DNA of 64,000 nt from an uncultured candidate division Zixibacteria bacterium (lineage in GTDB: Bacteria; Zixibacteria; MSB-5A5; GN15; FEB-12), in NCBI GenBank assembly GCA_963664195.1, contig OY760907.1:3520001-3584000 (forward strand), written 5' to 3'. The notes under the pieces were generated by a model that was given only the letters and a program-made list of their open reading frames with translations, did not search any database and had not been told where the DNA came from. The translations under genes and the position numbers were made by a program. Positions 10,408 through 19,652 of the stretch are shown one piece after another. Numbering within the stretch: position 1 is the stretch's first letter; the number at the start of each line of letters is the position of its first letter.

Positions 10408-11502
10408 TCATTGTCCCTCCGCATCGGCGTTTCGCCAGCCCCGTTTGCGTCCAAACCGCCGCCAACAGGCTAGTCCGCCAAGAATGGCCGCCAATCCTGC
10501 AGCCGGCCCGGCCATGACAACGCGTCGTTCCGTGTACAGGGTTTCAGAAGTGGTGATCGTCTTACCGGGGGCAATTGCCAGACCATAGCGAGAGGCAATA
10601 TCTTTTATATTCAAAAGGTGAATGAACGGTATCCCCTGCTCGGTCATCCGTGCCACCACTCCGCGCTCTTCGTGGTCGCACGATTCATACTCGGTACGAT
10701 AGCCATTGGGGACGGTGGAGCCGTGAGCACAACCGCCGAGGTTGGCTTGATTGCCTCCGATATTCACCAACAAGTCAACTCCAGCGTGAGTCAGAATGTT
10801 GGTACGAGCCGAAATCGATTCCGTCAGTGTGGCGAAATGGTACAACTCGATGCCGTTTCGCTCAGCAGCTTCGCGCATCATCAGCAGACCTTCTTCTGCC
10901 AGCCCTTCGCCGTTGTCATTCTCGGCCCCGGGCGTAACCAGCCGCGAAGTGAACTGCAGATCGGAATGCTCACGCAGCCAGTGTTCCATGTCAACCCAGG
11001 TCGCTCCGGGTTGATTCGCTCCGTAGGTAGAAGAACCGAGCGAACTGAGCATAACCGCATCCGCCCCAAGCGTCTGTACTGCCGCCAGCGTGGCCATCGC
11101 CAGCGACGGGAAGGATCCCGACAGCGTCACGCCGATCGTCGAGGTTGAATCCAGTCCGGCCTCGACGAACAGGCGATACACCAGGGCTGCAAACTCCGGA
11201 TTGGCAGCAGTTTCTTTCGCTTCCAATGAACCCAGCGTGGTAGTCATCGGCGTGAAATCATCGCCGATCATCCAGTGGAAGCACGTATGCGAATGACTAT
11301 CTGACACTATGTCGCGGGACGACTTCATCTCGCCGACTGACTCAAACCAGCGCGTGGCACGCTCTGCGGCCTGCTCCATCTCCGCAGAGTAGGGCCGTGG
11401 TGTCTGTTTGAACGCCCAGGCTCTCACGCCCCAGACCGCACCAATAGCGAGAACGAGGATTATCAGAAGTCCGTAGCTCTCTCTGGTGGATATTTTCGAC
11501 AT
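10408..11502 (-). CDS. pgsW: Poly-gamma-glutamate system protein PgsW-like
   Basis: IGDDFTPMTTTLGSLEAKETAANP, SGSFPSL, SSLGSSTYGAN, NIGGN, IHLLNIK motifs; directly follows pgsB-pgsC. Confidence 0.85.
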   Translation of the reverse strand: MSKISTRESYGLLIILVLAIGAVWGVRAWAFKQTPRPYSAEMEQAAERATRWFESVGEMKSSRDIVSDSHSHTCFHWMIGDDFTPMTTTLGSLEAKETAANPEFAALVYRLFVEAGLDSTSTIGVTLSGSFPSLAMATLAAVQTLGADAVMLSSLGSSTYGANQPGATWVDMEHWLREHSDLQFTSRLVTPGAENDNGEGLAEEGLLMMREAAERNGIELYHFATLTESISARTNILTHAGVDLLVNIGGNQANLGGCAHGSTVPNGYRTEYESCDHEERGVVARMTEQGIPFIHLLNIKDIASRYGLAIAPGKTITTSETLYTERRVVMAGPAAGLAAILGGLACWRRFGRKRGWRNADAEGQ

Positions 11503-11503
11503 C

Positions 11504-11932
11504 TCATCTCACCATCAGAATAACGAGGTATATCATTGCCGTCACGATTCCAAGACTGGCGATTGTAGGAACGACACGCTGACGTAGCATTTCATTAGCA
11601 ATCAGACCGGGAATGATATAACCGATTGACTGTAAGTCGAATTGAAACGCCGGCAGCGCCTGCACCTGTGTTTCGATAACGACCTTGATGCAGAAGCCCA
11701 GCAGCAGGCAGACCAGCAGACGACGACGGCCGTATAGTATCAGATGTCTCGACAGCAGTTGGACGATTCCGAAGACGGCCAGAGCGATGATTACGGTCAT
11801 GACGATTCGATTAGGCTCATGAATGAACAGCGCACAATAGGCCGGTGCGATAACACCGCCGGGCGACACACTGGTCATCTCGTAGTAGATGAAACCGATG
11901 ACCAAACCAACGAAGAAATACTCAAACAGCAT
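11504..11932 (-). CDS. pgsC: Poly-gamma-glutamate biosynthesis protein PgsC/CapC
   Basis: SPGGVIAPAY, ILYGRRR, IGYIIPGLIAN; start at MLFEYF with GAGGAGG RBS. Confidence 0.95.
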   Translation of the reverse strand: MLFEYFFVGLVIGFIYYEMTSVSPGGVIAPAYCALFIHEPNRIVMTVIIALAVFGIVQLLSRHLILYGRRRLLVCLLLGFCIKVVIETQVQALPAFQFDLQSIGYIIPGLIANEMLRQRVVPTIASLGIVTAMIYLVILMVR

Positions 11933-13079
11933 GTTCGGTTCCTCCTCGCAGGGTCTCAGCAATCTCAAACCCGTCACCACCTATATTCCCGAGACCAACC
12001 ACGAGCGTATCGGTTGAACAGTTTCCGGCGATTATGTTCTTCACGTCCTTGATCTCACTATGAGAAAGCGTCACCACCGGGGCATTGTCCAGGCCGTGTC
12101 GTTTGAGCGCTCGACGCATATATGAAGCGTGATGCCCGACAAGAAACACTGCCGTCAGATCCGACAGTCCGGGAAGCCACTCGGAAAATACCGAGGAGCG
12201 CAGGGGGCGATCCGGGCGAGAATTGAAGACCACAGCCAATCGATTGACTTCAGGCAACTCTCCGCACCAGTACTCGATGAAATCCGTCGCCGAGGGTACG
12301 TCATTGACCGCGAAACCGTCGACAAAATACAAGTGTCGTTCCTCGTCAATGGTCACAAGAGCACGCACCTGTCGCAATTCCTCGGCAATGATCGCGGGAA
12401 AGGCGATATCCGGGGCAACACCACACTCAGCGCAAACCGACAACGCCAACACAACATTCTCGTGAAATACACCCGAAGGCACCCGGGCAGCCTGTTCCGC
12501 GCTAAGCGGCTTCACAATGTCAATTGGATTACCGCTTCCGGCTGAATGCTTCCGTACAAATGGAACGTGGTATCCATCGGTCGTGAGAATCTTCGACCCC
12601 GCCACGATCGGTGAGCACAGCGCATCGGCCTGATCGGCAGGATCGCTGCCGAACACTTCCCGATGATCGTCCTTCACATTGGTCAAGACATAGATGTGTG
12701 GTCGGAGTGTACGCCCCTCCAGTTCCTGCAGCTCTGGCTGCAGGGACATGCATTCCAGAACGAGGGCATCCGCGTTGTGTCGTGCCGCCCTGAACGCAAT
12801 CTGAAACTGTTCCTGGACCCTGGCCCCCCCGCGTCGTTTTATAAGAGAACTGCCGCCGTCGGCATGTATGAGCGTTGGCTTTGTCCCCGTAGTCTTGGCC
12901 CATACTCGCTTCCCTGCCGCACGAAGGCCAGCCGCAACGTAACGCGTCACGCTCGATTTACCGCGCGTGCCGTTTACGTGAATGCGGAGGCCGATGCTGT
13001 CGATGTGCCGTCGGGTAACGACAGCCTCCACAATCAGCACCGCGACAACCAGTAGCAGCAGTACAAAAGGAACCAGCAT
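11922..13079 (-). CDS. pgsB: Poly-gamma-glutamate synthase PgsB/CapB (Mur-ligase fold)
   Basis: RIHVNGTRGKSSVTR, AKTTGT, LECMSLQPELQ, TNVKDDH, FAVNDVPS, NSRPDRPLRS. Confidence 0.95.
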   Translation of the reverse strand: MLVPFVLLLLVVAVLIVEAVVTRRHIDSIGLRIHVNGTRGKSSVTRYVAAGLRAAGKRVWAKTTGTKPTLIHADGGSSLIKRRGGARVQEQFQIAFRAARHNADALVLECMSLQPELQELEGRTLRPHIYVLTNVKDDHREVFGSDPADQADALCSPIVAGSKILTTDGYHVPFVRKHSAGSGNPIDIVKPLSAEQAARVPSGVFHENVVLALSVCAECGVAPDIAFPAIIAEELRQVRALVTIDEERHLYFVDGFAVNDVPSATDFIEYWCGELPEVNRLAVVFNSRPDRPLRSSVFSEWLPGLSDLTAVFLVGHHASYMRRALKRHGLDNAPVVTLSHSEIKDVKNIIAGNCSTDTLVVGLGNIGGDGFEIAETLRGGTEHAV

Positions 13080-13116
13080 TCGGACAGTCCCTCAAAGGTG
13101 CAAGTATCGGTTCGAG

Positions 13117-15045
13117 CTAGTACCCGATCGCCACTCCCCCGCGACGCGGATCGGCTGAACCCTGGTATTCTCCGGAAACCGGATCGACGAGTATTAGCTG
13201 TGCACCGCCGAAAAACAGATCCCTGTTTTCGTAAACACGCACAGTGTGTCCCATTCGCTCCAGTTTCTGGCGCACTTCATCGGAAATTCCATATTCCAGA
13301 TGCAGGTAATCCTCAAACTTCTGACAATAGAAGCGAGGTGCCCAATTGGCCTCCGTGGCACTCATATCGAAGTCAACAACATTGACAATCAATTCGACAA
13401 CGGTTGCAATAATCCGTCCGGCACCCGGCGATCCGATGACCATTGAGGGCTTCCCGTCTCTCAGGACTATGGTGGGCGAGATCGAGCTTCGCGGCCGCTT
13501 GCCAGGCTGAAGCAAATTCGGCGCTGCTGAAAGCGAGAAATTGGACATGCCGCAGTTGAGCAGCACGCCCGCCGAGGTGATGCCGGACCCGAAAAACGTC
13601 CCGAGCGTCTGTGTGAGCGACACCATGTTGCCGTCCTTGTCGATCACTGACAGGTGCGTGGTGTGGCCGCCGTACTCCTCTTCCCAACTGGGGTCGTCGT
13701 CGACAATAACACTGTCTTCTTCGGACTTTTTGCCGCCGCTGTCTTTGGGGGGACGATCTTCCTTCTTCGCCTTTTTCCCGCCCCAGGTGTCAAACAGGTT
13801 TTCTCCCCAGGTGTCGTAGCTGGACTTGTTGTCGTCTTCCTCGTCACTCCAATGGAACTCTTTGCTCTGCTTCCCGGGATCAAGGGCCTCGATAGCAGAC
13901 ATCTCCCCGCGATCATACTTGGCAGGATTGCCCGCCTGAGTCTGGCGATATTCGGGAGGGTCGGCCTGGAAACGGTTGATATCGGCAAAACGCTCACGAG
14001 CAAATGCTTTGGAAATCAAACCACCGGCCGGAACATAATTGAAATCGGGATCGCCCATGAACGCCCAGCGGTCAGCATAGACTCTTCGGAATGTCTCCGC
14101 CATGAGGTGCAGAGTCAGGGGCGATTCACTGAAATGTCCCATTGCGGCCAAATCTTCGTTTTCAAGCATGTTCAGAGCCTGAAGAATGGCCTCCCCGGAT
14201 TGCGGTACGCCGGCGGCCAGAATCTCGTACCCGCGATAGCTGCCTCTCAACGGCACACCCAGTTCGGCCTCGTAACCGGAAAGATCGTCAGCCGTCATAA
14301 CGCCGCCGCGGGATGTCATTTCGGCAATCATCGCCTCGGCCACCGGCCCCTTGTAGAAACCGTCGCGACCGTTAGCAGCAATAGTCCTCAAGGTCGTGGC
14401 CAGTTCAGGCTGATAGAGCATGTCCCCTTCCATGCGCGGGAAATCATCTTCAAGGAAAATCGCTGCGGTACTGGAATCGCCAAGCAGCATTTCAACGTTG
14501 TCCAGCAGGATCTGCCCGAGGGTGGCATCAATGGCGAAGCCCTCCTCGGCATATCGAATCGCAGGCTCCAGAACCTGCTCCAGAGAAAGCGTACCGAACT
14601 CATCGAGCGCCAGCGTCAGACCGGCTACTGTCCCCGGAATCAACACGGCCTTGGCGGTATGCCGATCTGTCTCCGGATCAAAGCTAATCTTATCGACATC
14701 CTCGGAAGTGCGCTGATAGTAATCAATGTAATGCGCTTCCTGCTTGCCGTTGAGATAGACAACCATACTTCCCCCCCCGCCAATCCCGGAGCCGTCCGGT
14801 TCGACAACGCCGATAGCGAAAGCCGCTGCAACCGCCGCGTCAACCGCGTTTCCACCCGCCTTCAACATGCTGAGGGCCGCCTCGGAGGCCAGAGGGTGAG
14901 CCGTGGCAACCATACCGTTGGTACCGGTTACGGCTTCGGCTACTTCAGCTTCCTGAGCAAATCCTGCTGTCCAAAGACACAGGAGGGACAACAGCATACA
15001 GATCACACCGGCTGTCCTGCGTAGGGTGCTGGGGGTATCGCTCAT
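13117..15045 (-). CDS. ggt: Gamma-glutamyltransferase (CapD-like), secreted
   Basis: GMVATAHPLAS, GGNAVDAAVA, HTTHLSVID nucleophile Thr, PGKRPRSSISP, ADPRRGG. Confidence 0.95.
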   Translation of the reverse strand: MSDTPSTLRRTAGVICMLLSLLCLWTAGFAQEAEVAEAVTGTNGMVATAHPLASEAALSMLKAGGNAVDAAVAAAFAIGVVEPDGSGIGGGGSMVVYLNGKQEAHYIDYYQRTSEDVDKISFDPETDRHTAKAVLIPGTVAGLTLALDEFGTLSLEQVLEPAIRYAEEGFAIDATLGQILLDNVEMLLGDSSTAAIFLEDDFPRMEGDMLYQPELATTLRTIAANGRDGFYKGPVAEAMIAEMTSRGGVMTADDLSGYEAELGVPLRGSYRGYEILAAGVPQSGEAILQALNMLENEDLAAMGHFSESPLTLHLMAETFRRVYADRWAFMGDPDFNYVPAGGLISKAFARERFADINRFQADPPEYRQTQAGNPAKYDRGEMSAIEALDPGKQSKEFHWSDEEDDNKSSYDTWGENLFDTWGGKKAKKEDRPPKDSGGKKSEEDSVIVDDDPSWEEEYGGHTTHLSVIDKDGNMVSLTQTLGTFFGSGITSAGVLLNCGMSNFSLSAAPNLLQPGKRPRSSISPTIVLRDGKPSMVIGSPGAGRIIATVVELIVNVVDFDMSATEANWAPRFYCQKFEDYLHLEYGISDEVRQKLERMGHTVRVYENRDLFFGGAQLILVDPVSGEYQGSADPRRGGVAIGY

Positions 15046-15120
15046 TACTACTCCATCATTCTAAGTTGCTGTTTCGCCGAAGGCTCTTAACTGACTTCAG
15101 CATCCGAACGTGTTCGGTGA

Positions 15121-15681
15121 CTACTGGAATAGCTCGCCGAGGGGCTTGCCCGCCATTGCGATTTTCTCAACGATGGTTATCGGTATCTTCTTCTCTGTGG
15201 CCAGTGTCGAGAAGAACTTGTCCTCGTCGCCCTGTTGCACCACGATCATTGACTTGCAGGACTCCGCCGCAAGCTGGTTGAACCCATCGGACTGTCCACC
15301 TCGTCGGGCCTTGCCGCCTACGTGAACAGTCACAATTGGAATGCCCTGCTCATTGGCTGCGTTCACCAGCAGCGTCACCCGATCCATTTCCTCCTTCTGG
15401 CTGACCCCTGCAGCGCCGAGGCCCTTGGAGCTGAAGCCCGGTACGATCACGAGGGTCTTGACGCCTTCAAGGTCCGAGGCCGTGGCCATGGTCACTACCT
15501 TAGTCTCCAGCTTCTGACGTTTGGCGAGCATTCCCACCAGTTTGACGTCGGCGCTCTGTCCGGCTGAAGAGATCAGAATTGGCTGCTCAAATGCTGCCTT
15601 GACTGTTTCCTGCGCACTCACGGATGCGGACAGGCAGAGGGCCAGAATCAGGATACCGAGTATTGTTGCTGTAGTTTTCAT
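15121..15681 (-). CDS. Periplasmic DUF6305-like protein
   Basis: Signal peptide; PILISSAGQSAD, GFSSKGLGAAG, HVGGKARRG. Confidence 0.75.
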   Translation of the reverse strand: MKTTATILGILILALCLSASVSAQETVKAAFEQPILISSAGQSADVKLVGMLAKRQKLETKVVTMATASDLEGVKTLVIVPGFSSKGLGAAGVSQKEEMDRVTLLVNAANEQGIPIVTVHVGGKARRGGQSDGFNQLAAESCKSMIVVQQGDEDKFFSTLATEKKIPITIVEKIAMAGKPLGELFQ

Positions 15682-15703
15682 GAGTATCACCTTCATTTCG
15701 CTG

Positions 15704-16822
15704 TCAGTGCAAATAGTGCCCAACGCCGTTTTCCATTAGATCGGCATAAGAGGGCAGATTGTCTATCTCAATCGGATTGTCTTCATTATACATGGAATAC
15801 ACACTAAGAATAGTCGTAAAACCCTGCACATGCCGTCCAACGCGACGCTCAAGCGGCTCGCCCTCAGGACGATACTCGATCCGCAGGGCACCAGATTCCA
15901 ACGCCTTGAGATACTCCGGGCTGTTCCCCTTGAGAATCAACTCAGCATTGGTTTTTCCACGGAGACGTCCCTGGATCGGGTTGCTGGTCTCCATGAGAAA
16001 CGGCATAACATTGGTCCTGTCTCCCCACTCGCGATGACTCAGCCCCCTGAAATTCTCAGGTGAAAGCTCAGGCGAGTAACGCATATCCACCATCTCAAGT
16101 TCGAGAACCGCACCTATGGCAATATCCTCACACTTCTCGTGGTAAACAATAGCGTTGATTATAGGAATCTCCGGCGCGGCTTCATGGAGATCGAAAGCAA
16201 CGTCAACATCTTCCTTCTCAATCAACTGCATGATCGAGTAAGCCACCTTTTCCGTAAACGTACCGTCAGGCCGTCCGGGATACGAACGGTTGAGATTCCG
16301 TGTTTCAAAACCGGAGAGCTGTTGGCCCGAAGGATATTGCGAATATACGAGCGGATCCGGCCATTGGTCAAGCGGACTGGACACTCGCGAACCAAAGCGG
16401 AAATCCCGGGGACCGGACTTGCTCTCGATCGTGAAGAACTGCGGGCATCCTTCAAAAGGATCGGTGCACGTAAATCCGCTGGCACAGGCGTGCCGGACAA
16501 CAAGAACACGTCCTCGCTCAACTCTGATGTTTTCGAGAATCAATGTTGCGGCTACTGTCGACGCCGGTTCATTCGGATGCGTTCCCCCCAGTAACAAAAC
16601 GGTCGCTCCAGGTTTACCGCTATCAAACTCATACACTTCAGTATCTCCCGCGGTCCCCTTGATACCCGCAAAGTAGTCGCTGAGCATCTTCGTTGCCGTG
16701 AGCGCGTCGCTCGGGTACGCGGCTTCCGGAATTCGCATTTGTATGAACTCACGGGCGGCTAAGCTCGCAACAGCGGCGGTGACAAGCAGGATGACAATAG
16801 CTGTTATATGATGTGTGCGCAT
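15704..16822 (-). CDS. Succinylglutamate desuccinylase/aspartoacylase (M14-like) family protein, exported
   Basis: GGTHPNE, RNLNRSYPG, DLHEA Zn motifs. Confidence 0.85.
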   Translation of the reverse strand: MRTHHITAIVILLVTAAVASLAAREFIQMRIPEAAYPSDALTATKMLSDYFAGIKGTAGDTEVYEFDSGKPGATVLLLGGTHPNEPASTVAATLILENIRVERGRVLVVRHACASGFTCTDPFEGCPQFFTIESKSGPRDFRFGSRVSSPLDQWPDPLVYSQYPSGQQLSGFETRNLNRSYPGRPDGTFTEKVAYSIMQLIEKEDVDVAFDLHEAAPEIPIINAIVYHEKCEDIAIGAVLELEMVDMRYSPELSPENFRGLSHREWGDRTNVMPFLMETSNPIQGRLRGKTNAELILKGNSPEYLKALESGALRIEYRPEGEPLERRVGRHVQGFTTILSVYSMYNEDNPIEIDNLPSYADLMENGVGHYLH

Positions 16823-16832
16823 CGATTGCTCC

Positions 16833-16979
16833 TCACTTGATCAGAAATATCCGCAGGACGAACGGCATTAGCAGCATCGCGTACGCTATTTGTTTCCGCC
16901 AGTCCTTTTCGTTGAAATGCTCGATCAGGACAACGACGGTCAGGTACACGGCAATCAATATGTATATCCAGAAAAGCAT
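16833..16979 (-). CDS. Small 2-TM membrane protein (48 aa)
   Basis: AGGAGG RBS; MLFWIYILIAVYL...LLMPFVLRIFLIK. Confidence 0.75.
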   Translation of the reverse strand: MLFWIYILIAVYLTVVVLIEHFNEKDWRKQIAYAMLLMPFVLRIFLIK

Positions 16980-16998
16980 ATCTTCCTCCTGGCGTTGT

Positions 16999-18264
16999 CT
17001 AAAAGACAACCGACGCAATCTCCTCGGCAAAAACCACTATCAACACGCCAACTGCCATCGCAGCGACGATCGGAATCACGCTGGCCCTGAGTATCTTGAA
17101 ATGGTTGCTCTCCTTGACCATCTGGCCGGCGTAGGCACACAGGAGGGACGGCGGCGGCATAAGATCCCCCATTGCCGCCATAAGCGCAAGGGCAGCCGTG
17201 ACGACGATTTCGTTTTTACCGATGAACACAAACACCAGCGGCACGCCGATTACCGACGCCGACGCATAGGCCGAGCCGAAGAACGGCATCAGCAGCAATG
17301 CGAGATACTTCAACTGCTCCGGAAGGAACAGGGCGCTCACAGCCAGGTATCCACGAACGCCAGTGAGTGTCAGGATTTGCAGGAACATTCCCACACCCAC
17401 CAGGATCGCCATCACCGGCATCGCATCTCTCAGGGCGCTTCGTGACACGGTCAGAAAGTTGAACTTCTCGCCGGTTCCGAAACCGAGCAGAGCACCGATC
17501 ATGAAGATCAGCGGCACGCCAAGGTGCGGCACATACTCCGGGATCACCTGTTCAACCACCAGATACCCGACCACGAAGACAAGCGGCAGATACAGCTTGA
17601 GGCCGTGCTTGTGATAGACCGGCTTCTTCAGCCGAGACAAAACGTCGTCGATATCGAAGGTTCCAAGGTATCGATACCGGTAGAAAACCGCCGTCGCGAC
17701 AGCCACCGGAAACGACGCCAGAAACAGCGGCTTGGCGAAGCCGATATACGGCATGTCCACCCCGCCGCCAATGATCATCACCGGAATACAGATCGGCGGA
17801 GCGATCTCTCCAAATACAGCCGCCATGGCGATCAACGAGCCAACCGCCTTCTTCGGCATACCCATCGCAAGCAAACCGGGAACAACCAACGCCCCTGTAG
17901 TCAGGATACAGGCCGATGACAGCCCGGTCAGCATGCCCGGGAACATGACAAAAACAGTAATCACAATCAGGAGCAGCGTAGGCCAGCGATGAAGCGTGCT
18001 TATCAGCGTGTAGTTAATAGTGCCAAGTGCCCCGGTAGCATCCACTACCTTCATGAAGATCATGGCGGTCGCGATAATGAGGATGGCCTCCATAAAACCG
18101 AAACCACCTTCTACCAGATGCCTGACCGGAAACCCTTCGCCGGCGACCAGCGCCCCCACTACGGCAGCCGCCATAAGTGACACGCCAGCCGGAACTTTCA
18201 GCACAAACACGCCTATCGCAAACGTGGCAAGCATCGCCACAAGAATAATCAGTTCAAAACTCAC
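16999..18264 (-). CDS. TRAP large permease / IT-superfamily transporter
   Basis: Many TM helices; PGMLTGLSS, GEIAPPICIPVMIIGGG. Confidence 0.85.
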   Translation of the reverse strand: MSFELIILVAMLATFAIGVFVLKVPAGVSLMAAAVVGALVAGEGFPVRHLVEGGFGFMEAILIIATAMIFMKVVDATGALGTINYTLISTLHRWPTLLLIVITVFVMFPGMLTGLSSACILTTGALVVPGLLAMGMPKKAVGSLIAMAAVFGEIAPPICIPVMIIGGGVDMPYIGFAKPLFLASFPVAVATAVFYRYRYLGTFDIDDVLSRLKKPVYHKHGLKLYLPLVFVVGYLVVEQVIPEYVPHLGVPLIFMIGALLGFGTGEKFNFLTVSRSALRDAMPVMAILVGVGMFLQILTLTGVRGYLAVSALFLPEQLKYLALLLMPFFGSAYASASVIGVPLVFVFIGKNEIVVTAALALMAAMGDLMPPPSLLCAYAGQMVKESNHFKILRASVIPIVAAMAVGVLIVVFAEEIASVVF

Positions 18265-18349
18265 TTGGAATCAGTCTCCGTTTCCAGTTGCTCGTCCGCG
18301 CAAAAATGTGTGTTGACTGACGTCCATGTTGCCCTTCGATTCCGCACTT

Positions 18350-19642
18350 CTAGAACTTCACCTGAAGCTCTGCCATGAAACGCGTCTGTTTGACACGATC
18401 TTCCGACCACGTAATGGCGCCGCTGTCATTCAGGTCGCGATCATCGCCGTTCGGATAATTGCGGGCGAATCGTAACTGCAACTGAGTCTGAACCGACAGC
18501 CGGTAGTACAACTTGGCCGAGAACTCGTCGTCCATCGTGTTGTAATCATCGTTATTTACATACTCATTGATCTTGACATATTGCAGTTGGAGTCTCAACC
18601 GGGGCATCTTGCTCGGAATGACATAGATACGTGAGTACCAGATCCGGCTTCCTTCGGGATTCCTCCCGTTGTACGGGTAGTCTCCCCCGATCCCTCCGTC
18701 CACATACCCCCTTCGACTGCCCCAATAAAAGCTCGGATACAGAGGGCTGAAGATTTCCACCTTATCGGTAGAGGCATCGTCGCCCTGGTATGCGGCGTAC
18801 TTGGTCTCAACTTTGACCGAGCGAAACGGCCCCATCGACCAACGATAGCTCACACCGCCCATGCATCCGCGACCGCCCTTTTCAGGAAGCCCGTCAAGGG
18901 TGTTGAAATCCTGCCAGGCAGCCTCGGCGAAGTAGGTCAGGCGGTCGTCCATAAACGCACCACTGACACCACCGCCGACCACATAGCTGTCGTTGAACTG
19001 CCCGCGCAGTTTGTTGTAGATGTAGTACCCCATCACCTGCTGATTAAGGACCGGTCGGGTAAGCCGGGCCACGTACAACTGATCGCTGCCGGGGTCCGGA
19101 TACAGACCGCTCTCACTTACGTTCTGCTCGGTGACAGAACCAAAGAGAGACAACACCCAGTCGCTTCGTGACATATCAAACCGAATACCGTCGAACTTGT
19201 CGTAGAAGTTGTTGGATTCGCCCTGCGACAGCCCCTCACCCACGGGGAACTGCTGCCTGCCGACTCGTGCCCGAAAGAGATCAAACACCAGAAAGTCCGG
19301 CTCCACGATCTCGGCAAATATCTGGCTGATGCCATATTCCATCTTGCCGGTGCCTGCAATGTTCCTGGCCGGTGACACCGGATTGTTCTGAGTCCAGGTG
19401 ATCAACTCAGTATAGAAATGCACCTTCGGGTTCACCTGCGCCTTGGCTCTGAGCCTCCCGAGATACCGGGCATAGTTTTCAGTACCACGGTTATCGAGAG
19501 ACTCATCGAATGCGTCGCTGTACACGCGCATCCTGAAATCGCCATCCAATTGTATCTGCGCCGGGTGCGCTACGTCGGCCGCCATCGGAAGCAACAAGCA
19601 CGCGAGGCAGAGCGCACCAATCAATCTGTATATGCTATTCAT
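18350..19642 (-). CDS. Outer-membrane beta-barrel (alginate-export-like)
   Basis: Signal peptide; GDFRMR, RVGRQ, FDGIR; alternating beta strands; C-terminal Phe (ELQVKF). Confidence 0.75.
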   Translation of the reverse strand: MNSIYRLIGALCLACLLLPMAADVAHPAQIQLDGDFRMRVYSDAFDESLDNRGTENYARYLGRLRAKAQVNPKVHFYTELITWTQNNPVSPARNIAGTGKMEYGISQIFAEIVEPDFLVFDLFRARVGRQQFPVGEGLSQGESNNFYDKFDGIRFDMSRSDWVLSLFGSVTEQNVSESGLYPDPGSDQLYVARLTRPVLNQQVMGYYIYNKLRGQFNDSYVVGGGVSGAFMDDRLTYFAEAAWQDFNTLDGLPEKGGRGCMGGVSYRWSMGPFRSVKVETKYAAYQGDDASTDKVEIFSPLYPSFYWGSRRGYVDGGIGGDYPYNGRNPEGSRIWYSRIYVIPSKMPRLRLQLQYVKINEYVNNDDYNTMDDEFSAKLYYRLSVQTQLQLRFARNYPNGDDRDLNDSGAITWSEDRVKQTRFMAELQVKF

Positions 19643-19652
19643 GATCTTCACC

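Noticed and set aside
13654..15024. Long antisense ORFs (also 8834..10174, 779..1543, 41675..42352)
   Set aside because: Shadows of well-supported genes on the opposite strand in GC-rich DNA
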